DNA of 64,000 nucleotides from NCBI RefSeq assembly GCF_963921235.1, contig NC_086100.1:203114001-203178000 (forward strand). Direction: 5' to 3'. The notes beneath the pieces were generated by a model. It was not told where the DNA came from, ran no database searches, and was given only the letters and a program-made list of their open reading frames with translations. This DNA comes from Mobula hypostoma. Lineage: Eukaryota. Every line of letters begins with the position of its first letter. The first letter of the stretch is position 1. Of this stretch, positions 38,001 to 51,469 are shown in pieces. The position numbers and the translations under genes are program-made.

Positions 38001-38694
38001 GAAAACAACCCAAAAACACAATGTACAAGTAACTGTTTTACACGCAGTGTGCATAGAGTGACACGGGGTGATCCAGAGGGGTTGGGCTGTGATAACGTGT
38101 GGAAGTGTTGACGGCCTAGGGGAGTAACTGTTCTTGAATCTGGTGGTCCTGGCATAGATGCTGCGTAGCCTTTTCCCTGATGCATCGGTGCTGTTTTCTC
38201 TCCCACAAGTTTGAGAACAATGAGAAGCCTCAGGCTTTTACCCCATGTGTGGAATGAGTGATGTTACTGAACAAACAATAGTGTGAAGTGTTCAGCCACA
38301 ACGGGATCAAATGTGGACTGAGTTGGACCTGGGAAACACAAGATAGTGTGCCCCAAACAATGGTCAAAATTTCCTGTGAGGACCTCGTCAAAGTTAGAAG
38401 AGAAATGTTTTTGTTATGACGAGTTTTTTGGGTTTTACCTTTGACTTTTGATTGTTACTTTTGGGGTAATATATTCAAACATACATTGCAGGTAAAGATA
38501 TTGACGAGAGGAGGAAACTACCAGATGTTTTTAGATTGGGCACTAAGGGATGCTTGGGGTGTGGGATGGCAAAAGGGAGAATTCATGCAAACCTCTCAGA
38601 TATACTGGGCATATATTTGAAAGGGGGTGCAGAATATTTACCAGTGTGGAGATAGTGCTGAATATTGTGAAATACTTACTCTCAGGGTCCAATT

Positions 38695-38821
38695 CCATGG
38701 ACCATGTGGACAACCCAAATACCTACTGTTCATCGACTATTGCTCGGCATTTAATACCACCATTTCCACAATCTTGATTGAGAAGTTGCGGAACCTGGGC
38801 CTCTGTACCTCCCTCTACAAT
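38695..38821 (+). mobile_element. Rex1/Babar-like RT fragment, continuing after the LTR at 39689-39708
   Basis: LLFIDYCSAFNTTISTILIEKLRNLGLCTSLYN, resuming as NWILD after the LTR. Confidence 0.75.
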
Positions 38822-39688
38822 TGTCATAGTCCGGTCTGTGAAGTCCGTATTCCGGTTCACAGTCTGGTCCATTGACCCTTGCTCCAGGTTTTCCTATCTA
38901 CCCTGTTTCTGTTCTTGTTGAGCACTAATTGAGGCAGCTGATGCTCGTTGGGGCTGGCTGCATAAATACCTCCAGAGACCAGGGCGTGGCTGCTGGATTG
39001 TTCTTGTCCTTACTCCTTGTATCCCTTCCTCTGCCTTCTGTTTCCTCGCCTGAAGCCCTGCCTTGTCTTGCTGTCTGGTCCTGGAGCCACCCTTGCCTCC
39101 GCCCAGGTAAGCCAGGCCGTCTTGCTGTTTCCTGCGGTTGGTTCTGTCCCTTCCCTCTGTCGGGTGGTGATCAGTGCCCTGCCCAGGAGTACCGTGCCCT
39201 GCCCAGGAGGAGCCAAGCCTCGCCTCAAGTCTCAAGTCTCCAGCCCCCTGCCAAGCCTCGCCTCGTCTCTTGCCTAGCCTCGAGCCTGAAGACTCCAGCC
39301 TCCTGCCAAGCCAAGCCAAATCTCTAGCCTCTAACCTCTTGCCAAGCCAAGCCAAGTTTCTAGCCTCGAGCCTCCTGCCAAGCCAAGACAAGTCTCTAGC
39401 CTCTAGCCTCAAGTCTTAAGACTCCAGCCTCGTCCTGCCTGCCTGCCAAGCCTCGTCCTTGCCTAGTTCTGGGGTACGAGCCACAGGAAAGACCCAGGTA
39501 CTGGGTCCTTGTCCAGTCTCTGGCTTGGAGTCCAAGCCCGGGCTCCTAGCTCTCTGGTCCAGTCCCGTTCCGGGTTCCCAGTTTTCGTGTCCATGTCCTT
39601 GCCCTCAGCCTGTATCCTAATCCTGTCCCCAGTACTTCATTGCCTGTGTTTTGCACTTGGGTCCGTTCCCAGCCACGCCCTTATGACA
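38822..39688 (+). mobile_element. Solo LTR (867 bp) with internal ~36-bp tandem repeats
   Basis: Termini TGTCATA...TATGACA; perfect 5-bp TSD ACAAT (38817-38821, 39689-39693); units like ctgccaagccaagccaagtctctagcctcgagc at 39210-39460. Strand inferred from a TATA-like cataaata at 38961. Confidence 0.9.
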
Positions 39689-39704
39689 ACAATTGGATCC
39701 TTGA

Positions 39705-40762
39705 TTTGCAATCTTCGACAATCCTCTACACAATCTACAACACCACCAACTTTTGTGTCATCTTCAAACTTGCGAACCCGCCCTTCTACCCACACATCCA
39801 GGTCGTTGACAAAAATTACGAAGCGTAGAGGTCCCGGAACAGATCCTTGTGGGACACCACTAGTCACAATCCTCCACTCTGAATGTACTCCCTCCACCAC
39901 GACTCTCTGCCTTCTGCAAGCAAGCCAATTCTTAATCCACCTGGCCAAACTTTCCTGGATCCCATGCCTCCTGACTCTGTGAATAAACCTACCATGTGGA
40001 ACCTTGTCAAACGCCTTACTAAAATCCATATAGATCACATCCACTGCACTACCCTCATCTATACGCCTGGTCACCTCCTCAAAGAACTCTATCAGGCTTG
40101 TTAGACACGATCTGCCCTTCACAAAGCCATGCTGACTGTCCCTGATCAGACCATGATTCTCTAAATGCCCATAGATCCTATCTCTAAGAATCTTTTCCAA
40201 CAGCTTTCCCACCACAGACATAAGGCTCACTGGGCTATAATTACCCAGACTATCCCTACTACCTTTTTTGAACAAGGGGACAACATTCGCCTCCCTCCAA
40301 TTCTCTGGTACCATTCCCGTGGACAACGAGGACATAAGGATCCTAGCCAGAGGCTCATCAATCTCTTCCCTCGCCTCATGGAGCAGCCTGGGGAATATTC
40401 CATCAGGTCCCGGGGACTTATCCTTCCTAATGTATTTTAACAACTCCAACACCTCCTCCCCCTTAATATCAATATGCAATTGTCCTCACCATCATCATGT
40501 TTCCTCTCATTGGTGAATACTGAAGAGAAGTATTCCTTGAGGACCTCGCTCATTTCCACAGCCTCCAAGCACATCTTCCCACCTTTATCTCTAATCGGTC
40601 CTACCTTCGCTCCTGTCATCCTTTTTTTCTTCACATAATTGAAGAATGCCTTGGGGTTTTCCTTTAACCTACTCGCCAAGGCCTTCTCATGCCCCCTTCT
40701 TGCTCTTCTCAGCTCCTTCTTAAGCTCCGTTCTTGCTTCCCTATATTCCTCAATAGTACTGA
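39705..40762 (-). mobile_element. Young CR1 ORF2 internal fragment
   Basis: ORF 39637-40479 with KSPGPDG, SQHGFVKGRSCLT, YMDFSKAFDKVPH, PQGSV; same subfamily as 53200-56245. Confidence 0.93.
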
Positions 40763-40924
40763 ATGGCTTCACCTCTACACCTGTCTGTGGCAATTAATTC
40801 CAGTTTCACTACCCACTTTCTGAAGCAATTGCTTTTTATTTTAGATCTAGATGGATGTCTCTCTATTCTGAGACTGTGCGCTCTGGTCCTACATGCCTCC
40901 ACTACAGGAATAAATTGCATTCAT

Positions 40925-41540
40925 TTCAAGAGGAATAGTGTATAAGAGTAAGGAGGTGTTGATGAGGCTCTATGGAGCACTGGTGAGACCTCATTTGGAA
41001 TACTGTGTGCAGTTTTGGGCCCCCTATCTTAGAAGGGATGTACTGATTTTGGAGAGAATTCAGAGAAGATCCTGGAATGCCGGGTCTAACATATGAGGAG
41101 CGTTTGTCGGCTCTTGGACTGTATTCATTAGAGTATAGAAGAATGAGAGGGGATCTCATAGAAACATTTCGAATGTTGAAAGGGTTGGACAGAGTAGATG
41201 TGGAAAGGATGTTTCACTTGGTGGGTGAATCCAGGACAAGAGGCCACATTCTTAGATTTAGAGGGTACCCATTTAAAACAGAGATGAGGAGAATTTTTTT
41301 TAGCCAGAGGGTCGTGGATTTATGGAATTCATTGTCACACACAGCTGTGGAAGCCTGGTCATTGAGGGTGTTTCAGGAGGAGATTGATAGGTACCTAATT
41401 AGTCAGGGTATCAAGGGATATGGGGAAAAGCAGTAAATTGGAACTAGATAGGAGAATAGTTTAGCTCATGGTGGAGTGGCGGAGCAGACTCGATGGGCCG
41501 AATGGCCTACTTCTGCTCCTTTGTCTTGTCATCTTGTGAA
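40925..41540 (+). mobile_element. CR1 3' end
   Basis: ORF 41077-41436 LGLYSLEYRRMRGDLIETF followed by the 3' tail. Confidence 0.9.
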
Positions 41541-41849
41541 TTGAATTGACTTTATTTCTTACATCCGTCACATACACGAGGAGTAAAAATCTTTACTTTA
41601 CATCTCCATCTAAATGAACAATGTGCAATTATTGTATTTTGGAATTGAAAATACATGTGGACTAGGATGTTATCTGTCCTGTGCTATCACCAGTGGGATC
41701 ATCAGTTGATCTGCCACCTGTCTTCAGGAGTTTCGGCCTGCTTATGATCAAGATCCCTCGAGGTGGTGGGACTATCCCTACTACATTTTTTGAACAAGGG
41801 GACAACATTCGCCACCATCCATTCCGCGGTACCATTCCCGGGGACAACG

Positions 41850-44278
41850 AGTTTCAAGATCCAATTCAATGGGTATTTCACCGTATTCTTTAGTTCCTTT
41901 CTGAATTTGCTCTGCGTCAAGGCGTAAGTACACGTGTTGGTGCAGGAACTGAGACTCTGCAGCATTTCCGATGTCTGTGGTGTAACTGGGATCGATGGCA
42001 GAATCAGCAAAACTCTTTGAAATCCGTCTGTAGATAAAAAATACCACGTATGTTCCCCACAACAATATGAAACTGCCGGTTACGCTGAAGAGCAAAACGA
42101 TGGAATTGCGTCGGTTCTCCATCTCCCGGTCCTTGTCATTCTCTCCACTCTTTTGACCCCGAAGCCCCCTGCGGGATTGACTGGCCGCTAGAATCCGCCT
42201 GACAGTCAGAATATTGAAGAGCAAAATCAGAAAGAATGGGATACAAGGGGTTAAAATGAGGTCAAACAGGTCAAATGCCGCCCATGAGGGAGAGTTTGTG
42301 TAGCTCAGTGTAAGAACGCAATACCAGGGAACGCCATCAATTATTTCTCCAGGCTCGTGTATAAAGCCCCAGGGGACTGTCTCCAAACAGGCCAGCACAC
42401 TCACTGTCCCGATAACCACAGACGCCGTTCTCTCGGTGCAATATTTTGTTTTCAGCTTCTCACAGCAAATAGCCACAAATCGATCGACGGTGAAAGCGAC
42501 AGTCAGCCAGACCGAGGCCGCCGTGCTCGCTAACATCAACCACGCACAGAATCTGCACACAGGAGTAATTCGCAGGAATGATCGGGGAAAATAGATTGTA
42601 GTCGTCCACCACAGCAGCGGATCGGAGATAACGACCAGGAGATCGGCCGCTGCCATTCCCACCAGGTAGCGAGTGACACATTTGGAGAGACCGCACTTTC
42701 CCCGGGACAGGATCACAATTGCCACCAAGTTCGCTGGAAGAGAGACAGGGAACAGCAAGTTGAGAAAATACTGAACAGAAGCCAATGCGGCAGTTAGAGG
42801 GGATCCTGTAATATTTCCACTTTATTTTTACATTTAGCGTTGGGAGGGTCGAGAGAGGGCACTGAGCTGGCGGAGTCAGAAGAGATTACACAGAAAAGTA
42901 AACTCAATATGATCTGAATACGGATTTCTTAGTGACGACCGAAATGTGAAATGGCAGCAGAAATTTAAAACTTGGTAACTACCTCCTCAGAATCAATACT
43001 GGATGGAAGATTTTCTACCGGCGTCTTCCGTGTCTCGTCTGGATGTAACACAGAAACACAGAAACGTAGAAAATAGGTGCAGGAGTAGGCCATTCGGTCC
43101 TTTGAGCCTGCACCGCCATTCAGTATGATCATGGCTGATCATCCAACTCAGAACCCTGTACCAGCCTTCTCTCCATACCCCGGACCCCCTTAGCCACAAG
43201 GGCCATATCTAACTCCCTCATGTAACGAATAAATCCGGATACTGAAGGCGGGATTCTTCTATTGGACAAACATCAACTTCCATGGGGATCGCTGTCAGCT
43301 CCAGAGCCGCCGTCGGACGGAACCAAAAACAAGAAATTCTAGAAACACTGATCCAGTCAAAACGGAATATGTGGGAAAACAGTTAACAGTATTTCTCCTT
43401 AGAACTGTTCTCAGCGTTAACTGGTGTCTCTTTCAATACAAGCTACTTGGGGCTTAGTGTTTCCAGCATACCCCGAGTTTGTTTCCTGTTCCAGCTGTTG
43501 CCACCTCACTGACTTTACAACAGAACATTGACCCGATACAGCTCATCTGTCACAACCTCACAGACGGACATGACAGGGAAGCGGGGAGGGGAATTCAATT
43601 CCAGCAGCAAACTCGGTGCCGTAATCAGATGATCAGATGTCTGTAACGGTGCGGTAGAATACATTTCTCAGTATCGCTAACGACGTCGGTTCTATGTATT
43701 GTCTTAGCAACGACTTCCGTGGCCAACAACTGCTTTGCATTCATATCGCAGGCATTTATTAAAAATCCACAACAGCTTCGTGCTACAACACTAAAACTCC
43801 TCACATCTGCTAAAGTGTTACCACCAGTCATTGGTTTGATTGTTGATCCTAACTCAGAAAACCGCTCACATACAAGTGCAGAAAAACAATTGATTTAATA
43901 TCCCCTATAAACACAATATTTGCAAATGCATCCCAGCTGCTACAAGATCAAAAGCTCAGAGACCCGAACACCCAAGAACGCTGCCTGACCCGCTCAGTCC
44001 CACAGAAAATAGTCCGATTCGTCGAATTCCTGCAGCGGTTTCTTTTTAGATCTAAATCCCAGCATCTGTAGTCCCGGTATTTCCATTCCATTCCTGAAAT
44101 GCGGAATATCAAGACTGGAATGTGACAGTTTAAACCAGCGGCAGAATCAATCACATCATTGGGATTAAACTTCCACATCCACCCACGGCAGCTGACACCG
44201 CGGCTTACCGGGAATCCCAAAGGCAGAAATAAAAGGATAGTAAACGTCTTCTATGCGCCGGATGACCGGATACACCAT
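41850..44278 (-). pseudogene. Two-exon GPR139/GPR142-like rhodopsin-class GPCR, frameshifted before TM7
   Basis: Exon 1 44278-44209 (MVYPVIRRIEDVYYPFISAFGIP, donor GTAAGC); exon 2 from 42733 (acceptor ctctcttccag; ANLVAIVIL..MAAADLL..FTVDRFVAIC..). Frameshift near 41980 moves SSCTNTCTY..QSKFRKEL into another frame; the 3' end runs into a CR1 fragment. Confidence 0.88.
43050..43219 (-). mobile_element. Short CR1 3' tail in the GPCR intron
   Basis: TSD ATGTAAC at 43043-43049 and 43220-43226; homologous to the other CR1 tails. Confidence 0.85.
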
Positions 44279-44707
44279 CTCAGTGACAATCCTGAACTCA
44301 CAACCCCGGCGGACAGCCGATGCCTTCAAAACGGCCGTGATTTATACAGAGGATCTGTCTCCAGAGATACGGTTATACAACTCACTAACTTTCTTAGTTA
44401 CAGTTGATTGAACAAACACTTTAATTCAATACCATTTCTCTAATATAAATACTGGGGCGATTGGAGACAAATACATCAAAATTCTTTGGCATTACCTCCG
44501 CAGGGCCCCAGCTGGAAATTGCCCGGAAGATTCAATTTCAAAGACTGAGATTTGTCAGGAGTAGCTACATTAACAGATTTCATCTGTTTGTTTGGCTAAT
44601 TACTTATGCATGAACGGAGACCAGCGACACTGACAGATCCCTCCCTCCATCTGTCCCTGCAGTTTCCCATTTTGAACTGTCATTCAGTCCTTCACCTCCT
44701 TCCTGGT

Positions 44708-44708
<1 letters not shown>

Positions 44709-44768
<60 letters not shown>

Positions 44769-44778
44769 ACACACAGAG

Positions 44779-44810
<32 letters not shown>

Positions 44811-45130
44811 ACACACACAGACAACACACACAGACACACACACTCACACACACACACAGAGACACACACACACAGACACACACAGACACACACACAGACA
44901 ACACACACACAGACACACACACAGACACACACACTCACACACACACACACAGACACACACACACACAGGCACACACACAGACACACACACACACAGACAC
45001 ACACACACACACAGGCACACACACAGACACACACACACACTCACAACACACACACACACACTCACACACACACACACACACAGAGACACACACACACACA
45101 CACACACACACAGAGACACACACACACACT

Positions 45131-45161
<31 letters not shown>

Positions 45162-45166
45162 ACACA

Positions 45167-45200
<34 letters not shown>
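44709..45200. repeat. Compound (CA)n microsatellite, ~490 bp
   Basis: Direct inspection. Confidence 0.97.
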
Positions 45201-45203
<3 letters not shown>

Positions 45204-45641
45204 TTGTATTTCGATGTTATAGTGACTGTCTTGTTGTACATACTATGTATTATAAATTACTATCAATTGCACATTGCACATTTAGAAGGAAAATGAAGGA
45301 TAAAAGAAATAAATTTAAAACACACCAACATAGATTCGAACAAAGATACAACAGAAGGACCGAGATAAGGATGGAAACTGTCAAACGAGCACGTTGCTGA
45401 TGAAAATCTGCAGAAGCTCTTAATCCAAGGCAACACAAGAATCTCTGCTCAGTTCCTGCAGCATTTTGTGTGAGAAGTTGCTGAAGTAACAGTTTTTAAT
45501 GGTAATCTCAAAGCTGTCAAAGGTCAAAAGACATTGAGAAGAAATATTTCAATCTGCAAAGGAATGGGCAGACCAGTTAAGCAATAAAAACAGGACTGAA
45601 AACAGGCCGATAAACAGCTGCGGGATGGCTGGAAATGAACG

Positions 45642-45773
45642 AAAGAAAGAGAGGGGGGGAGAGAGAGAGAGAGAGAGAGGGGGAGAGAGAGAGAGAGAGA
45701 GAGAGAGGGGGAGAGAGAGAGAGAGGGAGGGAGAGAGAGAGAGAGAGAGGGAGAGAGAGAGAGGGGGAGAGGG

Positions 45774-45804
<31 letters not shown>

Positions 45805-46463
45805 GAGGGGGAGAGGGAGAGACAGAGAGAGAGAGAGGGGGAGAGAGAGAGAGGAGAGAGAGAGAGGGAGAGAGAGAGAGAGAGGGAGAGAGAGAGAGAG
45901 AGGGAGAGAGAGAGGGGGGGAGAGAGAGAGAGAGAGGGGGGAGAGAGAGAGGGGGAGAGAGAGAGGGAGAGAGAGAGAGGAGGAGAGAGAGAGGGAGAGA
46001 GAGAGGGGGGGAGAGAGAGAGGGAGAGGGGGAGAGAGAGAGGGAGAGAGAGAGAGGGAGAGAGAGGGAGAGAGAGGGAGAGGAGGAGAGAGAGAGGGAGA
46101 GAGAGAGAGAGGGAGAGAGGGAGAGAGAGAGAGGGAGAGGGAGAGAGGGAGAGAGAGAGGGAGAGAGAGAGAGAGAGGGAGAGAGAGACGGAGAGAGGGA
46201 GAGAGAGAGAGGGAGAGAGAGAGAGGGAGAGAGGGAGAGAGAGAGAGGGAGAGAGAGAGAGAGAGAGGAAGAGAGGGAGACAGAGAGAAAGAGAGAGGGA
46301 GAGAGGGAGGGAGAGAGAGGGAGGGAGAGGGAGAGAGAGAGGGGAGAGGGAGAGAGAGAGAGAGGGAGAGAGAGAGAGAGGGAGAGAGAGAGAGAGAGGG
46401 AGAGAGAGAGAGAGAGGGAGAGAGAGAGAGAGAGAGGGAGAGAGAGAGAGGGAGAGAGAGGGA

Positions 46464-46507
<44 letters not shown>

Positions 46508-46624
46508 GGGAGAGAGAGAGAGTGGGAGAGAGAGGGAGAGAGAGAGAGAGAGGGAGAGAAGGAGAGAGAGAGAGAGGGGAGAGGGAGAGAGAGAGAGAGA
46601 GGGAGAGGGAGAGAGAGAGAGAAT

Positions 46625-46658
<34 letters not shown>

Positions 46659-46885
46659 GAGGGAGAGAGAGAGGGAGAGAGAGAGAGAGAGGGAGAGAGA
46701 GAGAGGGAGAGAGAGAGAGGGGGAGAGAGAGAGAGGGGGGGGAGAGAGAGAGAGAGAGAGAGGGAGAGAGAGGGAGAGAGCGAGGGAGAGAGAGGGAGAG
46801 AGAGAGTGGGAGAGAGAGAGAGGGGGGGAGAGAGAGAGAGGGAGAGAGAGAGAGAGGGAGAGAGAGAAGGAGAGAGAGGGGGGGG

Positions 46886-46971
<86 letters not shown>

Positions 46972-47122
46972 GACAGAGAGGGAGAGAGACAGAGAGGGGG
47001 AGAGAGAGAGGGAGAGAGACAGAGAGGGAGAGAGAGAGAGAGGGAGACAGAGAGAGAGAGAGAGGGAGAGAGAGAGGGAGACAGAGAGAGAGAGAGAGGG
47101 AGAGAGAGAGGGAGAGAGGGAG
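45642..47122. repeat. ~1.5-kb (GA)n/(GGGAGA)n polypurine tract
   Basis: Almost no pyrimidines on the plus strand. Confidence 0.97.
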
Positions 47123-47504
47123 GCTGATAGGCAGACTGACAGATAGGTCGACAAGCAGACAGAAAGACAGGGAGAAACAGAGGCGTAGATTGCAGGATTG
47201 TGACGTTCCACCTTTATCTCCCAGTCTCTGGTACAGTGTGAGAGTGTGGGGTTCATTCTGTACCTGTCTGTCTCTGATACAGTGTGAGCGTGGGGTCAAT
47301 TCTACACCTGTCATATCACTCTGTAAAGAAATGCTTCCTGGTGTTAGTGTGAAATCTCTCTTTCACCAGTCTCCACGAGTGGTCACGTTTCAAACAAGTA
47401 TAGAAAAGGACAGTAATTATGTATTTTACCAATTTTAAAGTAATTACCTGCTTACCAAATGCCACTAATGAGAAGTTTCAAAATAATTCCCACAAAGGGT
47501 CAGG

Positions 47505-50500
47505 TGTAATATGTCAGGCGTAACATTGGTCAACCCATCTCTGCCCGAAGGGCTCTGACGGGTTCAAATATTCTCCAACCTCCCGTCCTTTCCTCCCTTT
47601 CCCTCTCTGTCCCGGGGGAGGGTAGCCACGTGGAAGCTGGTTCAAGGGATGACTCACCTTGGCGTAGCCCTTCACGAATCTCCGATAGTATCCACAGAAC
47701 CCCAGGAACGAGCGCACAGTGCTCACAGTCTGGGACCTCGGTCAGGTGGTCAACGCTTCGATCTTACTCGGGTCTGTAGCTGCTCCATTTCACGAGACTA
47801 TGTGTCCAGCATAGCCCACAGACGTCTGGCAGAACTGGCACTTGTCCAGAGAAAGTTGTAAACCATCCTGCTTCAGCCAGTTGAGCACCTGCATTAGCCT
47901 CGCTTCGTGTCCTTCCAAGATGGATCCAAATACTATGAGGTCATCCAAATATATCAGCACTTCGAGCAGGTTCATAATCCCCACTGTCTTCTCCATGACC
48001 CTCTGGAAGGAGGCAGGCCCCCCCCCCCGATATACCCTGGGGCATCTTTTCAAACTGGTAAAATCCCAAAGGGCATAGGAAGGCCGTCTTCTCCTTATCG
48101 GCCTCACTCATGGGGATCGGGTAATATCCAGTCCACAAATCCAACACGCAAAACCACTTCGCCCCACTCAGACAGTCCAGCACTTCTTCGACCCGGGGGA
48201 CCGTGTACTGATCAGGGACCGTGTGCCAGTTCAGTGTTCTATAGTCTACACACATAGAAACCTTCCCATTTCTTCCGGGCCACTGCGATAGGAGACGCAT
48301 AGGGGCTTCGGGACTCCGTGATGATCGCAGCCTCCTTCAGCTGACACAAATGCTGCCGAATGTCTTCCACATCTGCAGGAGCCGGCCGCCGTGATCTTTC
48401 TCGAAACAGAGTATCCTGAGTCACCCGTATTGTGCTGCGAGTGCTCCTGGAACAACCCACATCAAACTCGTCAAGGGAAAAAAATATCTGTCATCGTCAA
48501 CATCTTCTCCACCAGCCTCCGCTTCCAACCGTCCGGCACAGGTGATGCCCCAAACTTAAAAGCTTCAGCGGTCAATTTAGGGCTTAATCCTGACTGCTCT
48601 TCCCCAACTGGCCTCACGGGGGCGCTATGCATCACCGTCACCGGGAACAAATGACCTCCCGTGCCGTAGTGTTCCTGACGATCACCACTAGCCTGCGTGC
48701 CTGTACCACCGAGGGCTTCTGCAACTCGGGTCGCACCAGCACCCCAGCAGGGCATCTCGACTCCCCCTCGAGATTTTCCGGGGTGTCCACTAAAAGGGCT
48801 TCAACCCTCAGGCACTCCCGGGAATCTAGGGATCCCCATCACTCTCGCTACTTCACCTGGCCGTACCACCCTGGGCTTCGACTAGGCACACCACACAGTG
48901 CCTCGTTCAGATGCCGCGTCCAGCCCAGAGCGACCCCACGCTTCCTGAAAAGCAGCTCGGAACACTGGGTGCACTGACAGGGTCTCCAAAAAGTCTTCAC
49001 CCGCCTTCTCCTTACCGGATCCCAGGAGTCTCCGCACAATAGGGGTGTTGGTCTCCACCATTATTGACACACCCCAGGTCTCACCGCGGTCTGGGCAAAC
49101 CAGCGCCAGGGCCTCATGGGCCTCAGACACCCCCATCTCAGCTTCCAGGAACTGCAGTTTCATCGACAAATAGCTATCGTACGGGTAATCACCATCACTG
49201 ATACCCCAAATCTCCAGTGCACCGAAAGGTGTCAAGGGTGAATGCACCAGATACAGATTGTAGAACGACAGGTACGGAAATGTGACCTGCGACCCAGTGT
49301 CGAGTATGCCTTTTACATCTATCCCCTCTATCCGTATTGAAACGCGGATCGGGGTCCCAACAATCCTTCTGGGATATGGTCTTTTCCGCTCGAGGGTCCC
49401 GTGGCACATTGTTGGGAAAGTATTTTCCCAGAGACTCCAGTCCATCCTCACTGAGTCTCTTCTAAGTTTCCCGACACCACCCCCCCCCTTCCTGCTGGGA
49501 CAACCGTGGGCCCTCCCTCCAAGGGGCTCCCTGCCGTTCATACTCTCGCCTGAGTGCCCTTCTTCACCGCGGTTACAGCATACGCCTCGTCTCGCGAGAC
49601 CTCGGCTTCCGCCTGGTCTCGGTGCCGACCGTTCCTTCAGGGAGGGCTAGTCCCCTCTCGCGGAGAGACGCCTCTTGTTCTCTGCCGCGTGGAGCCGGCC
49701 CCGGCTATTTCACCACAAGGAGCTACTACCGAGGACTGCATCGCACGAACGGAGCCCTTTCCGCTTCTAAAGCGTCGTCCTCCTCCTTTACCTCTCTGAG
49801 CAACTGACAAAAAGACGGGGGTGGAAGTGTGGGACGCGTTCTACGGGACTGCCGGAGGCTCGCAGCGATCGTATCATGTCTCTGCGCGCCCCTGGCTACC
49901 TGGTCGATCCTTATCCGATCCACCTCATTCCCTTGAATGACCCCCCCTCCCCCACGGCGTCTCTAGCAATTTAGTCTTCTCTCTAGCCGGAAAAGATACT
50001 CAGAAAGTTTTTTCCCATTGTCCTGACACAGATTTTGATCCCCGCCCCCTTAAAGCTACACCATGCCCCCCCCCCCCCGGTTAGCCCAAAAGCCTCCTCT
50101 AATGGTTTTAGACACTCCTTCCAAGAAGCCAAGGGCTGGTTAGCTTTCAAGCCTTTTACCACCTCAGCAGCCACCCCTCTCAAACTTCCTCCCAATCTTT
50201 GCCGCTTCTCCCCCTCAGAACACTGCCACTCACCTAGCAGCTGAGAGGTATGCTCAATCCAGGTCTCATAATCATCTTCCCCTTCGGAGATGTGAGTCCT
50301 TCCTGAGAAAATTCTTAACTTCTGCCTGGACCCACCACCCTGTTCACCAGGGAGTTAATGGCTGGGGCCAATTCAGAGCCCCCCACCCCTTCCCTGGGTA
50401 ATGAGAACTAATTACATTCTCCAAATCTGACCACTCCCTTCCTTCCTCCTTCAAAAACGATTGGACCCGCTCTCTAAAGTCTCCGCCCCCAGCGTCGGGC

Positions 50501-51390
50501 ATCTGCTCTTCAGACCCTTCCTCCGTGACAGTGTGGGCGCCCCATGGCCCCGCCTCACCGAGGTCACCGATACACGGCGGCAGTCCCACCTGCTTGACCT
50601 CAACACCAGTCTATACCAGCACAAAGGCTGAATCCCCCGTTTTACCAAACTTCCTGCTTACAATTTCAACTTTACCGATAGCTCTGACAGTACTCAAACA
50701 TCGAATTAACACATCGTCTGAGCTATGCATATCCACCCCACTTAATACGCAGGCATGATTAACCGGTACTTCCTTGCTCTCACACCAAAGTTCAATCTTA
50801 TCCGAGTCTATCTCTTCTAATTTAAACCAGGAGACTTACACCGTATCCGATAGAACTCAAACGGCGGACGAGCAACCCACATTGTAACGCGTATGACCTC
50901 AAATGACTAAGGTGAATAGCCATCGACCCCGCCAAACAGTGCAAACGGTTTGGTGCGGACACGGTGTGAGTCACCCAAATATCAGCCACGACACAAATAT
51001 CAAACAATATACAAAGTGCGAGTGAAGAATTATACTTCACAGTAATTCTTGGTGATGGGTTAGTAGAAACAACTAAAAGAAAGGGCGCCACATGAGTGAA
51101 CTTATCAGTCTTGTGCACATAATATTTTAATACGTTGGAGCTCACGCCTCCGATTCCCTCCACAATGTCCTTCCGAGACTCCGGCCGCCATCCGAACCAC
51201 CGAGGACCGGTACCTGCCACCCTGGAACTGCTGTCCGTTCCCCGCACGTCCGTCCTCTCCGCTCGCCTCCCGAAAAAGCCCGCGAGCCGTACCTCAGCAC
51301 AAATATACAAGAAGTCATTTCATTATAACACTTCAGAGAAGCCGTTTTATAATAAACTCTTAACAGTTAACAGTAGTCCGACATTGCTCA
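47505..51390 (-). mobile_element. Gypsy/Ty3 LTR retrotransposon, 3'-truncated and decayed (5' LTR, PBS, PNMA-like gag, protease, RT)
   Basis: LTR end CGTTACA at 50883 followed by PBS-like TGGGTTGCTCGTCCG (resembles the tRNA-Pro PBS); gag pieces 49560-50810; protease LDTGSQVT; RT CVDYRTLN, YLDDLIVF, VRSFLGFCGYYRRFV; integrase and 3' LTR not seen. Confidence 0.9.
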
Positions 51391-51469
51391 AGCTTTTGAT
51401 TCCTGACTTTGTACGTGGGGTTAACAATATCTTTTCCCAGAATCACTCCACTATCTGTTCTGATGCTCT

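Noticed and set aside
41781..42785. Intact single-exon 334-aa GPCR as given by the ORF track
   Set aside because: The N-terminus is intronic (true exon 1 at 44209-44278) and the C-terminus is out of frame and runs into CR1 sequence.
44606..47438. Long ORFs of up to 596 aa (LSLS, ERER, THTH)
   Set aside because: Translations of dinucleotide microsatellites.
49560..50810. Domesticated PNMA-like gag gene
   Set aside because: Multiple frameshifts, and it is still attached to LTR, PBS, protease and RT; a decayed retrotransposon.
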